Source: Zancudomyces culisetae HAW-14-8 (Eukaryota > Fungi > Kickxellomycota). Taken from it: DNA of 64,000 nucleotides. Of this stretch, positions 1 to 11,327 are shown piece after piece. The DNA lies in NCBI GenBank assembly GCA_052426225.1, contig JBNJNM010000006.1, forward strand, positions 1,860,001 to 1,924,000, read 5' to 3'. Position numbers and translations under genes: made by a program. Every line of letters starts with the position of its first letter. Within the stretch, counting starts at the first letter, position 1. The notes below the pieces were generated by a model. The model had not been told where the DNA came from. It searched no databases and worked only from the letters and a program-made list of their open reading frames with translations.

Positions 1-2509
1 GCCGTAAATACTGGTACATTCGCCCAAAAGATTAGTGTTAGTGCTAAAACTAGATTTTGCAGATGCTGAATAGAGCATTGCAAGTACGTGGATATTTGCA
101 GCTATTTTTCTTAACCCTCTCATGTTTATTATCGTTACTTATTCTTAAGTTACCTATTTACCTCTACGAAATTATAAAGTTAAATAATCGAGTATTGGTA
201 GTATAAGTTGATAAGTGATTAGAAAAAGTGTTGGAAACAAACTCAAATGCTAAAACACTCAAATATATATATATTTCAAATCACTAACCAGATATAATTA
301 CTGCTAAAACAGACTTAATATATTCCAAATATATAAAAATAATTGCTACTCAAACATACAAAACTCCACTAAAGTAAAATTCACTATCACAATAAAAATA
401 ATTTCCCTAAAAAAGTAGCATGCAGGCTTGTGTGTTTCTGGGAGCTAAGTAATATATCACGGTGTATGCTATTTGCAACCCTAACAGGCTTCCGGCCTAC
501 ATGAGCTCTGTAGCGCTAATATCTTTTTTACACGACCATATATATTATAGGTTCGTCAGGAGGTCTAAAAAATACGGTTCTGTGGTATGGGGGGAAATGA
601 CTTTCATAGATGACCTCGACTACTTATTTAATCGGTACTCTAATACTGCGTTAAGTATCATGTCAGTTGTTTTTCTGTGAAATCATGGCTAATTTCTTTA
701 TATTGTTTTTACTTTGCAGGTATACAAAAATTGAAAGGTATATGGATTAATAGGGCCAAAGTATAACATATCCGAATAAACTAAGGCAAAAATACATTTT
801 ATACTCACTTTCACTGAGCATAGGTTAGGAGAATGTAACATGCGCCAATATTTTTCAATGCAAGATTAAGCCTATTAATTCAGAAAACTCTGCAATCCTC
901 GGAGTACATGCTTGTTTTTGTATTTGCAACAAAATTATGAACGGTCATTGTAACTCACACAAACAAGGTTAGAGTGACTATTTAGCTAATATTTCGGCTA
1001 GCTTTTGTCATGCCTCTTTATTTATAATACAATTATCCAAGCCTGAAAAGCCTATGCTGTATCTATTGCGTAAATAACCAAAATGTCACAATGTGAAAAC
1101 AAAAATATAACCCTCATCTTCCCTTTTGATGATCTACGAGCTCTTGGGTACGAAACCCTGGAATAATCCACGAGAAAAAAAAATTAGCGCCTTTAGTGTT
1201 TTGTAGGATATATATTTCAATTTTGTTTGTAAATCTAAAAGAACATAGCTTTGTGGTCCACTTTCTAACCAGTGATGTCTAAAAACTAAAAGCTCATGAC
1301 CATATTTGTAAACCAAATCCAATCCCCAAAAACAAAACTAAGTCAAAAAAAATGAACTAATAGGTACACTCCATCTCAATAATGTCATAAAAGCATGGGA
1401 AAGCCCAAGCCGGAAAGCGTAGAGGGAAAATCCAAAAAAAAGAGTATAATAGGGTACAATTGCATGACACCAAGCAAAACAATATGTATATCTCACGAAG
1501 GGAAAAGGTGGGATTTTGTGTAAACGAGGCGCCAAGTTGAGGCTATCATTTATTGAGACTATATAAGAAGATAGGAGTGGAAATATAGCTATCTAAGAAT
1601 GAGGAGAATCAAAATGAGGTAGATGAGATATGGTAGGTAGTAAACGCAAACATTTCATTTGTGAAATAAGCCGAAAACATGTTACTTTACACGACACTCC
1701 ATTAGGATGCAATCCAATAATTGTGCTTTTGAATAGGTTTAACTATTGGAAAGAAGCTAGAAAAACTAAATATACGCTCCAACATACGCTCTAAGTTGAT
1801 AATGGTATACTGAGCCATCGTATAACAGAGTCGATTTCACTTGAGAGCCACAGGTTTGTAGTACATATCCACATGCGTTATAAATATTTGGGAAATGCTA
1901 GCTTTTTTTGGAATTCGAGCAAACAAGCCTTTCTTTTCTTTACCAAATGATGATATTGTTTTCAAAAAAACCGTATATGCTCAAAAAAAAGACTAGATAA
2001 AATAAAAACCATATCCGAGAGAGCTTGATACATGAAAACTCGTTATCTGGACGAAGTACCATCGATTTATTTCTGATTATCGACCAGGCTTGATTAATGT
2101 TGTGTTTTTTGTTTCTTCAACCCATACGTGTTTTAGTAACGCTCTGAAAATAAAACAGGCATACTATCTCACCTGCTACAACGAGGAAAGATGATGATAT
2201 ATTTTTCAAGCAATAATTAAAATAAAAAAAATCAATCAGTACAGTGGATAGTAGATACTGCATTCTCAAGTTGTGAGATATGTTGCTGGACAAAACTTTA
2301 GAGCCTAAAAACGTCTATAAAATATGTGCGGGTTTTGAATCTAGGCTAGAATCAAAAACATTGCTGATTGGCTGGGTGTGGTTGTTTCTAGTAAAATTAT
2401 TGAAAATCGAGCTTAAATACCAGAATGAAAAAAAAATATGAAGCTTAGCGATTAACTAAAAAGGAAATATAGCTAACAACCCAATTCAGATTAGTGAACT
2501 AAAGGAAAA

Positions 2510-3681
2510 ATGAGCAAACAACTGTTAAGCCGAGTAGAGAGTTATATGACGAAGTTTGCACCTCTAAAACTCGTTGCAGGGAGTTGGGATAATGTTGGCG
2601 TCCTAGTTGGTAAGTATTTCAATATAAATTTATCAGTGTGCACCAGTTGGCTCAAGAAAATAAGTGCAACTAAAAAAAGAGATAACAAACAATACATAAC
2701 CCCCCCCCCCCCCTAATCCAAATAGAGGCACCATGTACTAAGCCAACGGCAAACAAGGTTTTTTTGACAATCGATCTTACTACGGAAACATTGGACGAAG
2801 CAATAAAGGAGGAGAATGTGGGAGTAATAGTAGCATACCACCCGGCAATTTTTGAAGGCTATAGGCAATTAACCACTAGAAATCACAAACAGGGTCTTGT
2901 ATTGACAGCTATTGCAAACGGAATCAGTATATATTCACCACATACAACACTTGACAGCTGTAGATTTGGGATCAACGACTGGATATGTGATATGTTGGAG
3001 GACAAGTGCACTGACACTGGAAATAGCAATAGTAATAGAAAATTCGGAGTTCGGGAACCGATTGAACCAGCCGACTTGCAGGGATTGGGTAAGAAAACAT
3101 TAGCTTGCGGTTTACTTTTGTACTATACTGTATTGTATCACTTTTCATTATGATTGTAAAAAAATAAATAAGGATAATTCAACACTTTTGATATTAATTA
3201 AAGCAATGATACCATCTAAATAGAGAACCAGGAGGGCGCGGGGATGGGAAGAATCTTGACGCTAGCCACTCCAATTGCAATAGATGAATTGATACAGCGT
3301 GTGAAGAAGAACTTTGAGTTAAAACATCTCAGAGTGTGTAGGGCTCCTATTCATGACTCCAAGTTAGGAGGTGGTGCCAAGAAAATCCAAAAAATTGCAA
3401 TATGTGCAGGAAGCGGATCGAGTGTGCTTGTAAATGCCGGAGTTGGTAATGCAGGGAAAGAAGGAGCGGAAGAAGTCCCAGTCGACTGTTATTTTACTGG
3501 GGAGATGAGCCATCACGAAGTGCTACTAGCTAAAAGCAAGAACATTAGTGTCATACTAACTGAACACTCAAATAGCGAAAGAGGGTACTTGAAGGTTTTG
3601 CAGGGCTACATGCAAAAGGAGCTAACAGATGTAGATGTAGTAGTCAGCAAGACTGATAAAGATCCATTGCAGGTGGAATGA
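2510..3681 (+). CDS. NIF3: NIF3/YbgI-family (DUF34) protein, 3 exons: 2510-2609, 2726-3088, 3224-3681
   Basis: Motifs SWDNVGVLV, LTIDLT, VAYHPAIF, IYSPHT, IAICAGSG, TGEMSHH and EHSNSERGYL. GT-AG introns 2610-2725 (gtaagt...ctaat...tag) and 3089-3223 (gtaaga...tag) are both phase 1 and splice into one open frame (..VLV-E-APCTK.. and ..QGL-E-NQEGAGMGR..). Confidence 0.93.
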
Positions 3682-3841
3682 GCAACTTTTTTTACCCCCG
3701 TCTTATTATGTTTTCAAGTATCAATATTATTTTGGTATTTCGTGATTGATTTCATTATGAATAATAATAATAAAGAAAAGCTAACTTTTAGGCAAAGTAA
3801 AACTAGTAAAGGGTATAATAGTTCACAAAACGGAAATGTGT

Positions 3842-6800
3842 TTAATAGAACGAAGGATTAAACTTATAAAACTCAACATAATCAGAATTCAGATTTTTCA
3901 ATATGTCGATCGGGGTGGAAAGGTTAGGCGCATTAAATCTGCCAGATTGATATAGATTTCTGTTTTTAGGCTTGCCCTTAATGGTATTGCTGGTAGAGTT
4001 AATGATGGTAGCAAAGTTCGCAACCAAGGTGTCGCGATCTTCGGTTGAAAGAATATCAAGAATGGAAAACCAACAGGGTTTCAAGTTGTTGAGAACAGTG
4101 GTGGATGGTGGGTTCTTTAATGATGGTAAGGCAAAGCAGAAATGCTGGATGAGGAGAGAAAGATATTTGGAAATTACAGAGGCGCTGGTGGACGAGAGGT
4201 TGTTAAAGTTAGTAGTACGATCCTCGTCTGCTTTCTGTGATTTTTGCTGGCCACGAGTGGCAGTTTTTTGGTGGGATTTGAAGGCCAGTTGTTGGATGAA
4301 CTTGGTAAACAAGATAGAATAGTCCAAGAAATGAGTTTGGATAGTACGGTTCCTGGTCATGTCAGCATCAAAACTCTTACCACCGTTATCGTTGGCTGTG
4401 GACAAGGTTAAAAGGCGATCCAGTAGATTATACAAGATGTTAAGCAAGATGGGGAACAAACTGACCACGTTGGTTGGAAATAGTTGGTATGTAATTGACA
4501 AGATGTTTACAGACTTGGAAAAGACAGAGTTGGTGGGAACAGAACCGGTGTTAAGGGATGGTATTTGACTGGTGGGGATTCGGTTGTGGTACGATATTAT
4601 GGAGTTTACAATGTCATAAACCATAGCAAGCTTGCTAAAGTTGAAGCCTCCACTTGAGGATGAGGAGGTAGATGTGTTTCTACTATATGTGACGAATTGG
4701 TTTGGTGACTTGTTTATCAGCAAAGTGATAATATCCAGACACTCGCTAAACCCTTTAATGCGGTAAACCTCATCATGATTCTCTAAATGGCGTGTGGGTT
4801 CGGTGGCGATAGCATCGCTTTTTGTGGAGCTGAGTGGTGCAGTTGAAGCGAGTATAGCTATTGTATGCTGTAGTATAGTCAACAACTGCGTAAAATATTT
4901 GTTGAATATGTGGTCATCTCTGGATTCAATAATAGTTTTAATCAATACCAAGTATCCATAAAAGCCACGGTTGTTGTGAGTAGAGCTGAGGTGATCGTTA
5001 ATGCTTTTTATGGAACGTTGGTCGTAGTGATGTTGATATTGGTGGGTAGAGAGCAGCGGCAACCTACCAATTAATGATAAAAGCAATCTAGTACTCATAT
5101 TCTGGTACTCGTCTTTGTTTAGTATGGTTTTCAAGCAGCTAATAAAGGATTTGCAAAAAGTTTCAGCAAATTGCTTGTTGTTGGCGTCATAATTTCCTAG
5201 AAGAGACTGTGTTGGTACGAGTGGCGGCGAGGATCCCGACGGTGAATTAGACGAACAACACCCTTGGCTTAACAGCAATAATACCGAGTTAAATTCATTG
5301 ATATTGTACGAATTGTCAAGCATAGGCAGAAGCATCAAGAGCTGGTTTACCCATTCATCGAAAATAACTCCGTTTCTGCTATTACCTGGTTCGTTGTCGC
5401 AATTGGGTGGGAATAGTAAAGAGCTATGTTTTTTTTGCAAATTAAACAGAAATAGAGTTTTTACCACAAAGCTCGTGATTACAGCCGGAGTTACAACTGA
5501 TGTATCAGGTAAACAAGTGTGTAGAAGATATGAAAAGAGCTTTTCAACACTAACTATACTCTCGGAGACACTAGAACGGTTGAGTAGACTTGATAGCAAG
5601 TAATAGATCACCAAGTCGTCGCTAGAAACGGTCATCTGTTTGGTCTTTTCAGCGTTTTGTGGTGAGTCTGCTGTGATCGTAGCAATTTTAGAATTAACTA
5701 TATCGAAAATCTTGAGGAACCATGAGGATATTACCTGAATATCGTCTTTTTTGGTTTCATCTTTAAGAGAAGATAAGTTCTGTTGAACTGTGCTAAACGA
5801 AGAGGTTCTCAATAGCAAGCCTAAAAGTTCAATTACAATAGAGTTATATCCATTGCCAAACAAGAAATCTAGAATTCTTGCTGTGCGGCTATAGAACTCA
5901 GAGTCGCTATCCTTGCCGTCATAGTTCAAAATATGCCCAGGAATATAGTAGAGTCGGATGAAGGCAATCAAAACAGATAGCGACGTTGTGTGCTTGACAT
6001 TAACCATGTCGCACAAAGGCTCGAAAACCGATCGCATATAATCAGGGCTGGTAAGCAGGCGCTCAATTATTACAGGTGGGATTTCAGGACGTTTTGGACC
6101 TTGTGACTTGGTATTTTTGGTATAAACCAACCATTGCAAACAGTTATCTACAACACTTAAAAGCAAGGCTCCCAAATTAACATCAACATCGAATACTTCA
6201 GCGGAACCAATGTTCTCAGTAGCAGCCATTGATGGTTGTGCTGATAAAAGTAGATTTAGTACACCTATCACAAAGTCGATTGAGGTATTTATGGAATTCT
6301 TGTCGTTAAAATTGATCAAGTTTCTATCCCTACAATTGATCCACAGTTTTATTGCTTTGCCGATCCTGTCAAACAGTGTCATTTTAGCTTTATATTGCAG
6401 ATTCTGAATATACAGGTCCGCCGAATCGTTTGATAAAACAGTAGCGCATCCATTCTCTGAAATAGTAAATAGGTTGGGGTATAAGGAATGGATAGTTGTT
6501 ATTGATCTAGAGAGTAATGTATCAAACCCGCTGTTTTTTCCATAACCTGTTTTTTCCTGGTTCTGGTTCTTGTTCTTGTTCTTGTTTTTGTTTTTACTGT
6601 CATTAGTTGTGTTTCTTTGTTGTTGGTATTTAAAAGACAAAATATTGGAAAATTCGGGGTTGTTGTATATCTCCTCAAAGATACTGTGGTGGCTAATTAA
6701 CGGTGAAGATTTGGGATAGCTAGCATGTGACTGCAAAGCAGAATGGTCTATTTTCTGAGAATGTTTGGCTCCTCGTGCAAGAGGTGTGTCTGACGTTGCT

Positions 6801-9800
6801 GATGGGGCGAGAGTAGATAAAGAGTAGTTTATAAACATACCTTCAACCCAAGATACTATATCCAAATGATCGTAAAAGATTCCCATCCAGTCCGAAAAGA
6901 TTTTGAGAACAACAATATCCAGATTCTTTGAGTTTCTCGAGATTGAATGCAAAAACCCATCCCAGGAAGGTGTGATTTCTAGATTATCATTAACTTTGCC
7001 GATAGTTGAAGCATCAGAAACCATATCGTCCTGGCCAAAACTTTTTACAGAGTCGACATGTATTAACAGAGCATTGATTAGGTTAGTGACAATGGATCCT
7101 TCTATAGACATCACCAACCCACTTTCCGGCTCTACATCATAATCTTCATTAGATGTAACCAACGAAGTGTTCACTTTCTCACAAAGCATCATGTTTTGGA
7201 AAGATACCAGGACTAGCATGATTAATGATTGTACCTCACCCTTGTAATCAAATTTCTCGGTGTTATTATTCGTCCTTTTGTTAAAAGCAGCTATTGCACT
7301 GCCATTATCATTAATGAATTGGTAAATTTCTCTGGTTTCTGCATACAAACTTTGTTGAGTGAATTCAATTGACAAGCAAATATCAATGACAGTGTAGTGG
7401 AACAGTAGTAGAGATGGCAGCAGTTTCCATTTCATCAATCCATCTTTTTTGCTATTGGTGTAGTACTGCTGTATAAATCTATTGATAACTGATACATAAC
7501 TGCTTTTGATAGCTTCAAAATATTGAGCATTGATGCTATGTTCGCTGTTGCTGTTTGATGTTGCAAATGTAAAGAGTAGAATGCTTGATGAAGATTTTAA
7601 AAAGTGCACAAAATATAATATAAGGCCATATAACCTATTCCTATTTTGATCACTATCGTAGTCATCTGCATTGGTATTAGTGTTGATATTATTGCTGGGG
7701 TTTTTTGGTTCAAAACAGCTGCTGATCGCAGAATCAAACTTCTTGATGATATCAACAACAAAAAATATTGGCATGTTATACGAGCTAACCACAGAAATAA
7801 GTTTCTGAATATTTTGGGTATCGACCAACCCACTACCCACTACTACTGCCGTATCACTTTGAGTATGGCTCTGGAAAGTAGTGGAATTGGGATTGAAATG
7901 CGTGTTTGACACCATCAAAGCGCTGATAATATGTTCAATCAATAATTCCAAGTGGCGGTTCTGTCCGTAAAGCTCTATTATCTCAAGCATTGCGCTTTGT
8001 GTTCTTTTTGATTGTATTTTGTAATTTTCCAAAAATAAGGTGATCAACAATTTTTCCTTTGTTTCTGATTCGGACTTTTCATCCATCTCCTCACTTTCTA
8101 CAAGATTCTCACAATCATCAATATTAGAGTCAACAGGTATTTCGATACTTGCTAACTGGTCTGCCTTTACTGCAACACTGATGGCAGTTAGAAATTCCTC
8201 CAACCAAACACTATTACCCTCACAAACCCTAAATCCGCGATTATTGATGTCGCTGTCATTTTGTGATTTATTGCTGTTTTCCAAAAATATTTTGGTAAAC
8301 ATTTCTATCCATTGTCCAATAATCTCATTTTGTGCTTTGTAAGCCTTGTCGTTTATAGACCCTGTGAATTTACCACAAAAGCCAAAGTATGGTTGGTTTA
8401 TCAAATAATTCTCTACAAATTTGTTGATTCCACTATATTTGTAAAAGTGCTGTTTAAAGTCAAAAACGTTTCCATTTTCGTTCTCAGAGTTGGCTTCGCT
8501 TTCGCTTTTACTTTTGCTTTTACTTTTAGTTTTAGTTTTGGTTTCATCCATGTTTTGCGTTATTTTTTTGTCATCACCATCACCATTGTTGCAAAATAGA
8601 TCAGATACCAGCATTTTGTAAATCTTGTTGAATACCACAACGTACAAATCTCTTACCGCATCAGACCCCATAGCTGTACTAACATTTGTATAATCAACAT
8701 TCATTAGTGTATAATTTCCCTTATCAGCCAATGCGCTTGTGTTTGTGTTGGTGTTGGTGTATTGACCATTCTCAGAGTAAAGATTGGTTCCATTATCGCC
8801 ATTTAGCAACTTTGGCTTTTTATTACTACCACCATCAATATTGGAATTCCCGGTGGTATTAAATTGGTGGTATCCAAACGAGTTCATTTGAGTTTTTCTT
8901 TTGTTGCGGATCTTTTCGTTTATTTGCAAAAATCTCACCATTGAAGTTGTGTATTGCTCAAATACAAAGGGAATAAATTTCCATTTTGCCATGTTGTTGT
9001 GGATTGATTCTAGTTTTTCAAAAAGTAGGTTTTGATAAATATTTAGATTTTTCAGCTTTTGTTGTTCGTCCTGGGCATTCTCATTCTTCCCTGAAGCCTT
9101 TCTTTTCTTTGGTGGTTTGCTAGTATCTTGTGCAGTGTCATCCATTTTTTCAGCAATTTGAATGCTGGAATATAACGGCAACAACTCCATCCCAAAGAGT
9201 GAGAGTTGCAGAATGGTACCAATTTTGCCTATTAGAATACTTGTATTTAGTCCAGATTGCCCATTACTGTACTCACAGCCATAGCTAGATATTTCTTGAC
9301 TATTATTACCATTGATGCTAACGATGCTGTAATAATCTGAAAACACTGGTATCAACTTTTCGCAAACAAGTCCAAACAATTTTTTGGAGTTTAAACCGGT
9401 CCCACTACCGGCAACACTCATGCTGGTATCTTTGGTAGCATCTTTATTTGCAGCAGAGTTTCCGATGCTCATAAAAGAAGAATCCGTATATACGGGTGTT
9501 TGCAACTGAATAATCATCATGTCTATACACCTTCCAGCAATATCCTGATATATTAGTATATTTGTACCTTGGTTTGTGTCTGAGATTGAATCTACAGATT
9601 TTGCAACATTCGTTAGTTTTTCCATCCATTTCGATAACATTTCTGCCACAAGTTCAAATTGTGAAATATTCCAAGGTTGGATTTTTTTAACCCCTCGTGT
9701 CTTTTCACCACTACCATTACTACCACTACTACCATTAGCATCGCTATAAAAATGCAAAACAATTGCAAAGAGTTCAAGTATTTCTACCACCAGTCGACTA

Positions 9801-10678
9801 TCTACACCTTCAATCGCAAATGAGATAACGTGGAATGCCTCCAATAAGATAGGAAACAGTAGTGTCATTGTGTTGTTCAGTTGTTGTACCTGCTGATAAC
9901 TACTTTGTTGGTTTAGTTGAGTTTTTAGGATCCCATTCAGTAGCAAAAAAGCTCGATAGTCCCCATAAATGCTGTATTTGGGTGGAATGTTGGCACTGTC
10001 AGGTGTACTTGATGCAGTTGCACCAGTAGTTGTAGTTGTAGCTGCAGCTTGGTTTTTTTTAGCTGGATTTTTCTTTGCCCTGGTTATATTCATGTTTTTG
10101 CCTAATGTAAACAATATCCAATCCAAGAGGATCTCGTCCAAGTTAAACGATGCCATGCTGTAATTAGGATGCTTGAGAGCTGAAACCAACTCGTTTTTCG
10201 CATCAAGCTCAACGTTTTGCAAAATAACATTGATGTTACAGGGCAAAGTGAATGATTTAAACAGATCGTCAGTAGGTTCGCCTAGACTACATTTCATTCT
10301 AGATTCCAAAGTATAGGAATCATCGGATACGTCCATATCAGCGATACCATTCTCACTACTAGTAGCCAAAATAACCCTTTGCAATCGATCAGCCACTGAA
10401 TCTCCACTACTTTTTGCATTCATCCCTCCGCCACTACCTGAATCCGTGATGCCCTTATATCCTTTAGCACTACTACTACTACTACTACCACTACCAAAAG
10501 CGTCTACACTCCATAAAAGCCAGGACAACAGTAGTTTGTGCTGTATATCCAAGCTTGTGCGTTTGTATACTGCGAGTATCTGATCGAGCCGCGTCAGATC
10601 GACAACATTTGTTATTGTGTTGAGTTGCTCAGCCGTAATATATACTGTTTTTGGATTTATATTCTTTGATTGCGCCAT
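3842..10678 (-). CDS. URB2: Large low-complexity nucleolar pre-ribosomal protein, probable Urb2/Npa2 (2278 aa)
   Basis: Single long ORF. The C-terminus (KYLSLLIQHF...LKPCWFSILDILS...LKNLNSDYVEFYKF) resembles the Urb2/Npa2 C-terminal domain, and the N-terminal LVSALK...EILLDWIL resembles Urb2 N-termini. Recognised by eye, not by a search. Confidence 0.6.
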   Translation of the reverse strand: MAQSKNINPKTVYITAEQLNTITNVVDLTRLDQILAVYKRTSLDIQHKLLLSWLLWSVDAFGSGSSSSSSAKGYKGITDSGSGGGMNAKSSGDSVADRLQRVILATSSENGIADMDVSDDSYTLESRMKCSLGEPTDDLFKSFTLPCNINVILQNVELDAKNELVSALKHPNYSMASFNLDEILLDWILFTLGKNMNITRAKKNPAKKNQAAATTTTTGATASSTPDSANIPPKYSIYGDYRAFLLLNGILKTQLNQQSSYQQVQQLNNTMTLLFPILLEAFHVISFAIEGVDSRLVVEILELFAIVLHFYSDANGSSGSNGSGEKTRGVKKIQPWNISQFELVAEMLSKWMEKLTNVAKSVDSISDTNQGTNILIYQDIAGRCIDMMIIQLQTPVYTDSSFMSIGNSAANKDATKDTSMSVAGSGTGLNSKKLFGLVCEKLIPVFSDYYSIVSINGNNSQEISSYGCEYSNGQSGLNTSILIGKIGTILQLSLFGMELLPLYSSIQIAEKMDDTAQDTSKPPKKRKASGKNENAQDEQQKLKNLNIYQNLLFEKLESIHNNMAKWKFIPFVFEQYTTSMVRFLQINEKIRNKRKTQMNSFGYHQFNTTGNSNIDGGSNKKPKLLNGDNGTNLYSENGQYTNTNTNTSALADKGNYTLMNVDYTNVSTAMGSDAVRDLYVVVFNKIYKMLVSDLFCNNGDGDDKKITQNMDETKTKTKSKSKSKSESEANSENENGNVFDFKQHFYKYSGINKFVENYLINQPYFGFCGKFTGSINDKAYKAQNEIIGQWIEMFTKIFLENSNKSQNDSDINNRGFRVCEGNSVWLEEFLTAISVAVKADQLASIEIPVDSNIDDCENLVESEEMDEKSESETKEKLLITLFLENYKIQSKRTQSAMLEIIELYGQNRHLELLIEHIISALMVSNTHFNPNSTTFQSHTQSDTAVVVGSGLVDTQNIQKLISVVSSYNMPIFFVVDIIKKFDSAISSCFEPKNPSNNINTNTNADDYDSDQNRNRLYGLILYFVHFLKSSSSILLFTFATSNSNSEHSINAQYFEAIKSSYVSVINRFIQQYYTNSKKDGLMKWKLLPSLLLFHYTVIDICLSIEFTQQSLYAETREIYQFINDNGSAIAAFNKRTNNNTEKFDYKGEVQSLIMLVLVSFQNMMLCEKVNTSLVTSNEDYDVEPESGLVMSIEGSIVTNLINALLIHVDSVKSFGQDDMVSDASTIGKVNDNLEITPSWDGFLHSISRNSKNLDIVVLKIFSDWMGIFYDHLDIVSWVEGMFINYSLSTLAPSATSDTPLARGAKHSQKIDHSALQSHASYPKSSPLISHHSIFEEIYNNPEFSNILSFKYQQQRNTTNDSKNKNKNKNKNQNQEKTGYGKNSGFDTLLSRSITTIHSLYPNLFTISENGCATVLSNDSADLYIQNLQYKAKMTLFDRIGKAIKLWINCRDRNLINFNDKNSINTSIDFVIGVLNLLLSAQPSMAATENIGSAEVFDVDVNLGALLLSVVDNCLQWLVYTKNTKSQGPKRPEIPPVIIERLLTSPDYMRSVFEPLCDMVNVKHTTSLSVLIAFIRLYYIPGHILNYDGKDSDSEFYSRTARILDFLFGNGYNSIVIELLGLLLRTSSFSTVQQNLSSLKDETKKDDIQVISSWFLKIFDIVNSKIATITADSPQNAEKTKQMTVSSDDLVIYYLLSSLLNRSSVSESIVSVEKLFSYLLHTCLPDTSVVTPAVITSFVVKTLFLFNLQKKHSSLLFPPNCDNEPGNSRNGVIFDEWVNQLLMLLPMLDNSYNINEFNSVLLLLSQGCCSSNSPSGSSPPLVPTQSLLGNYDANNKQFAETFCKSFISCLKTILNKDEYQNMSTRLLLSLIGRLPLLSTHQYQHHYDQRSIKSINDHLSSTHNNRGFYGYLVLIKTIIESRDDHIFNKYFTQLLTILQHTIAILASTAPLSSTKSDAIATEPTRHLENHDEVYRIKGFSECLDIITLLINKSPNQFVTYSRNTSTSSSSSGGFNFSKLAMVYDIVNSIISYHNRIPTSQIPSLNTGSVPTNSVFSKSVNILSITYQLFPTNVVSLFPILLNILYNLLDRLLTLSTANDNGGKSFDADMTRNRTIQTHFLDYSILFTKFIQQLAFKSHQKTATRGQQKSQKADEDRTTNFNNLSSTSASVISKYLSLLIQHFCFALPSLKNPPSTTVLNNLKPCWFSILDILSTEDRDTLVANFATIINSTSNTIKGKPKNRNLYQSGRFNAPNLSTPIDILKNLNSDYVEFYKFNPSFY

Positions 10679-11327
10679 CCTTTAAATAATGTTCGATTGC
10701 AGCTAATCCCTTTAATCCTCTTGCTTTATTCTAAATTTCTTTGTTTCTTTCTTTCTTTTTTTACTTATTATTGTTGTTAGTGCTGTATTCTACTCAATGT
10801 ACTTTTACGTATTTATGATTTTAACCGTTGATTGTAAATCAAAATTCAGTGAACTTATTTATTGCCCAAAAAACTCCGTAGATATCCACTACTTCTAAAG
10901 ATAAAACTAGAAGATTAAACCGGTCGTTGTCTTGTTGATTTAAAACTAAAGGGGGGAAAAAGTATCTTTTTAATTGTCCCGTATGCTTTTCATTTACTAT
11001 TCTAGCCTTTTGTAATATCTCAATATGCTGTTTAATTCTAAGTCTACATTATTTAGCTTTTCGGATCCAAAATTTCCACTTGCATTTTTTTTTCAACTTT
11101 TTAGAGCTGATGCTGTATGTTTATTGGCTGGTTAAGTATAGTATAAAAAATTTTTTTTGCCAGTTTTTTTATATATATATTTTTTGGATATATTAGCCAG
11201 CTAGCATGTAATGTAGATAGATGCTGAAAAATATTAATAATAAATAATAATAAAAATGAAAAAATCATATACTAATGGATTTACACGATGAATATTGAGT
11301 ATTTTATAAAAGATATGAGCGTTGTAG

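Noticed and set aside
1-2509. Short ORFs at 462-680, 1134-1322 and 1338-1535
   Set aside because: Non-ATG starts, AT-rich and no homology cues. Probably intergenic.
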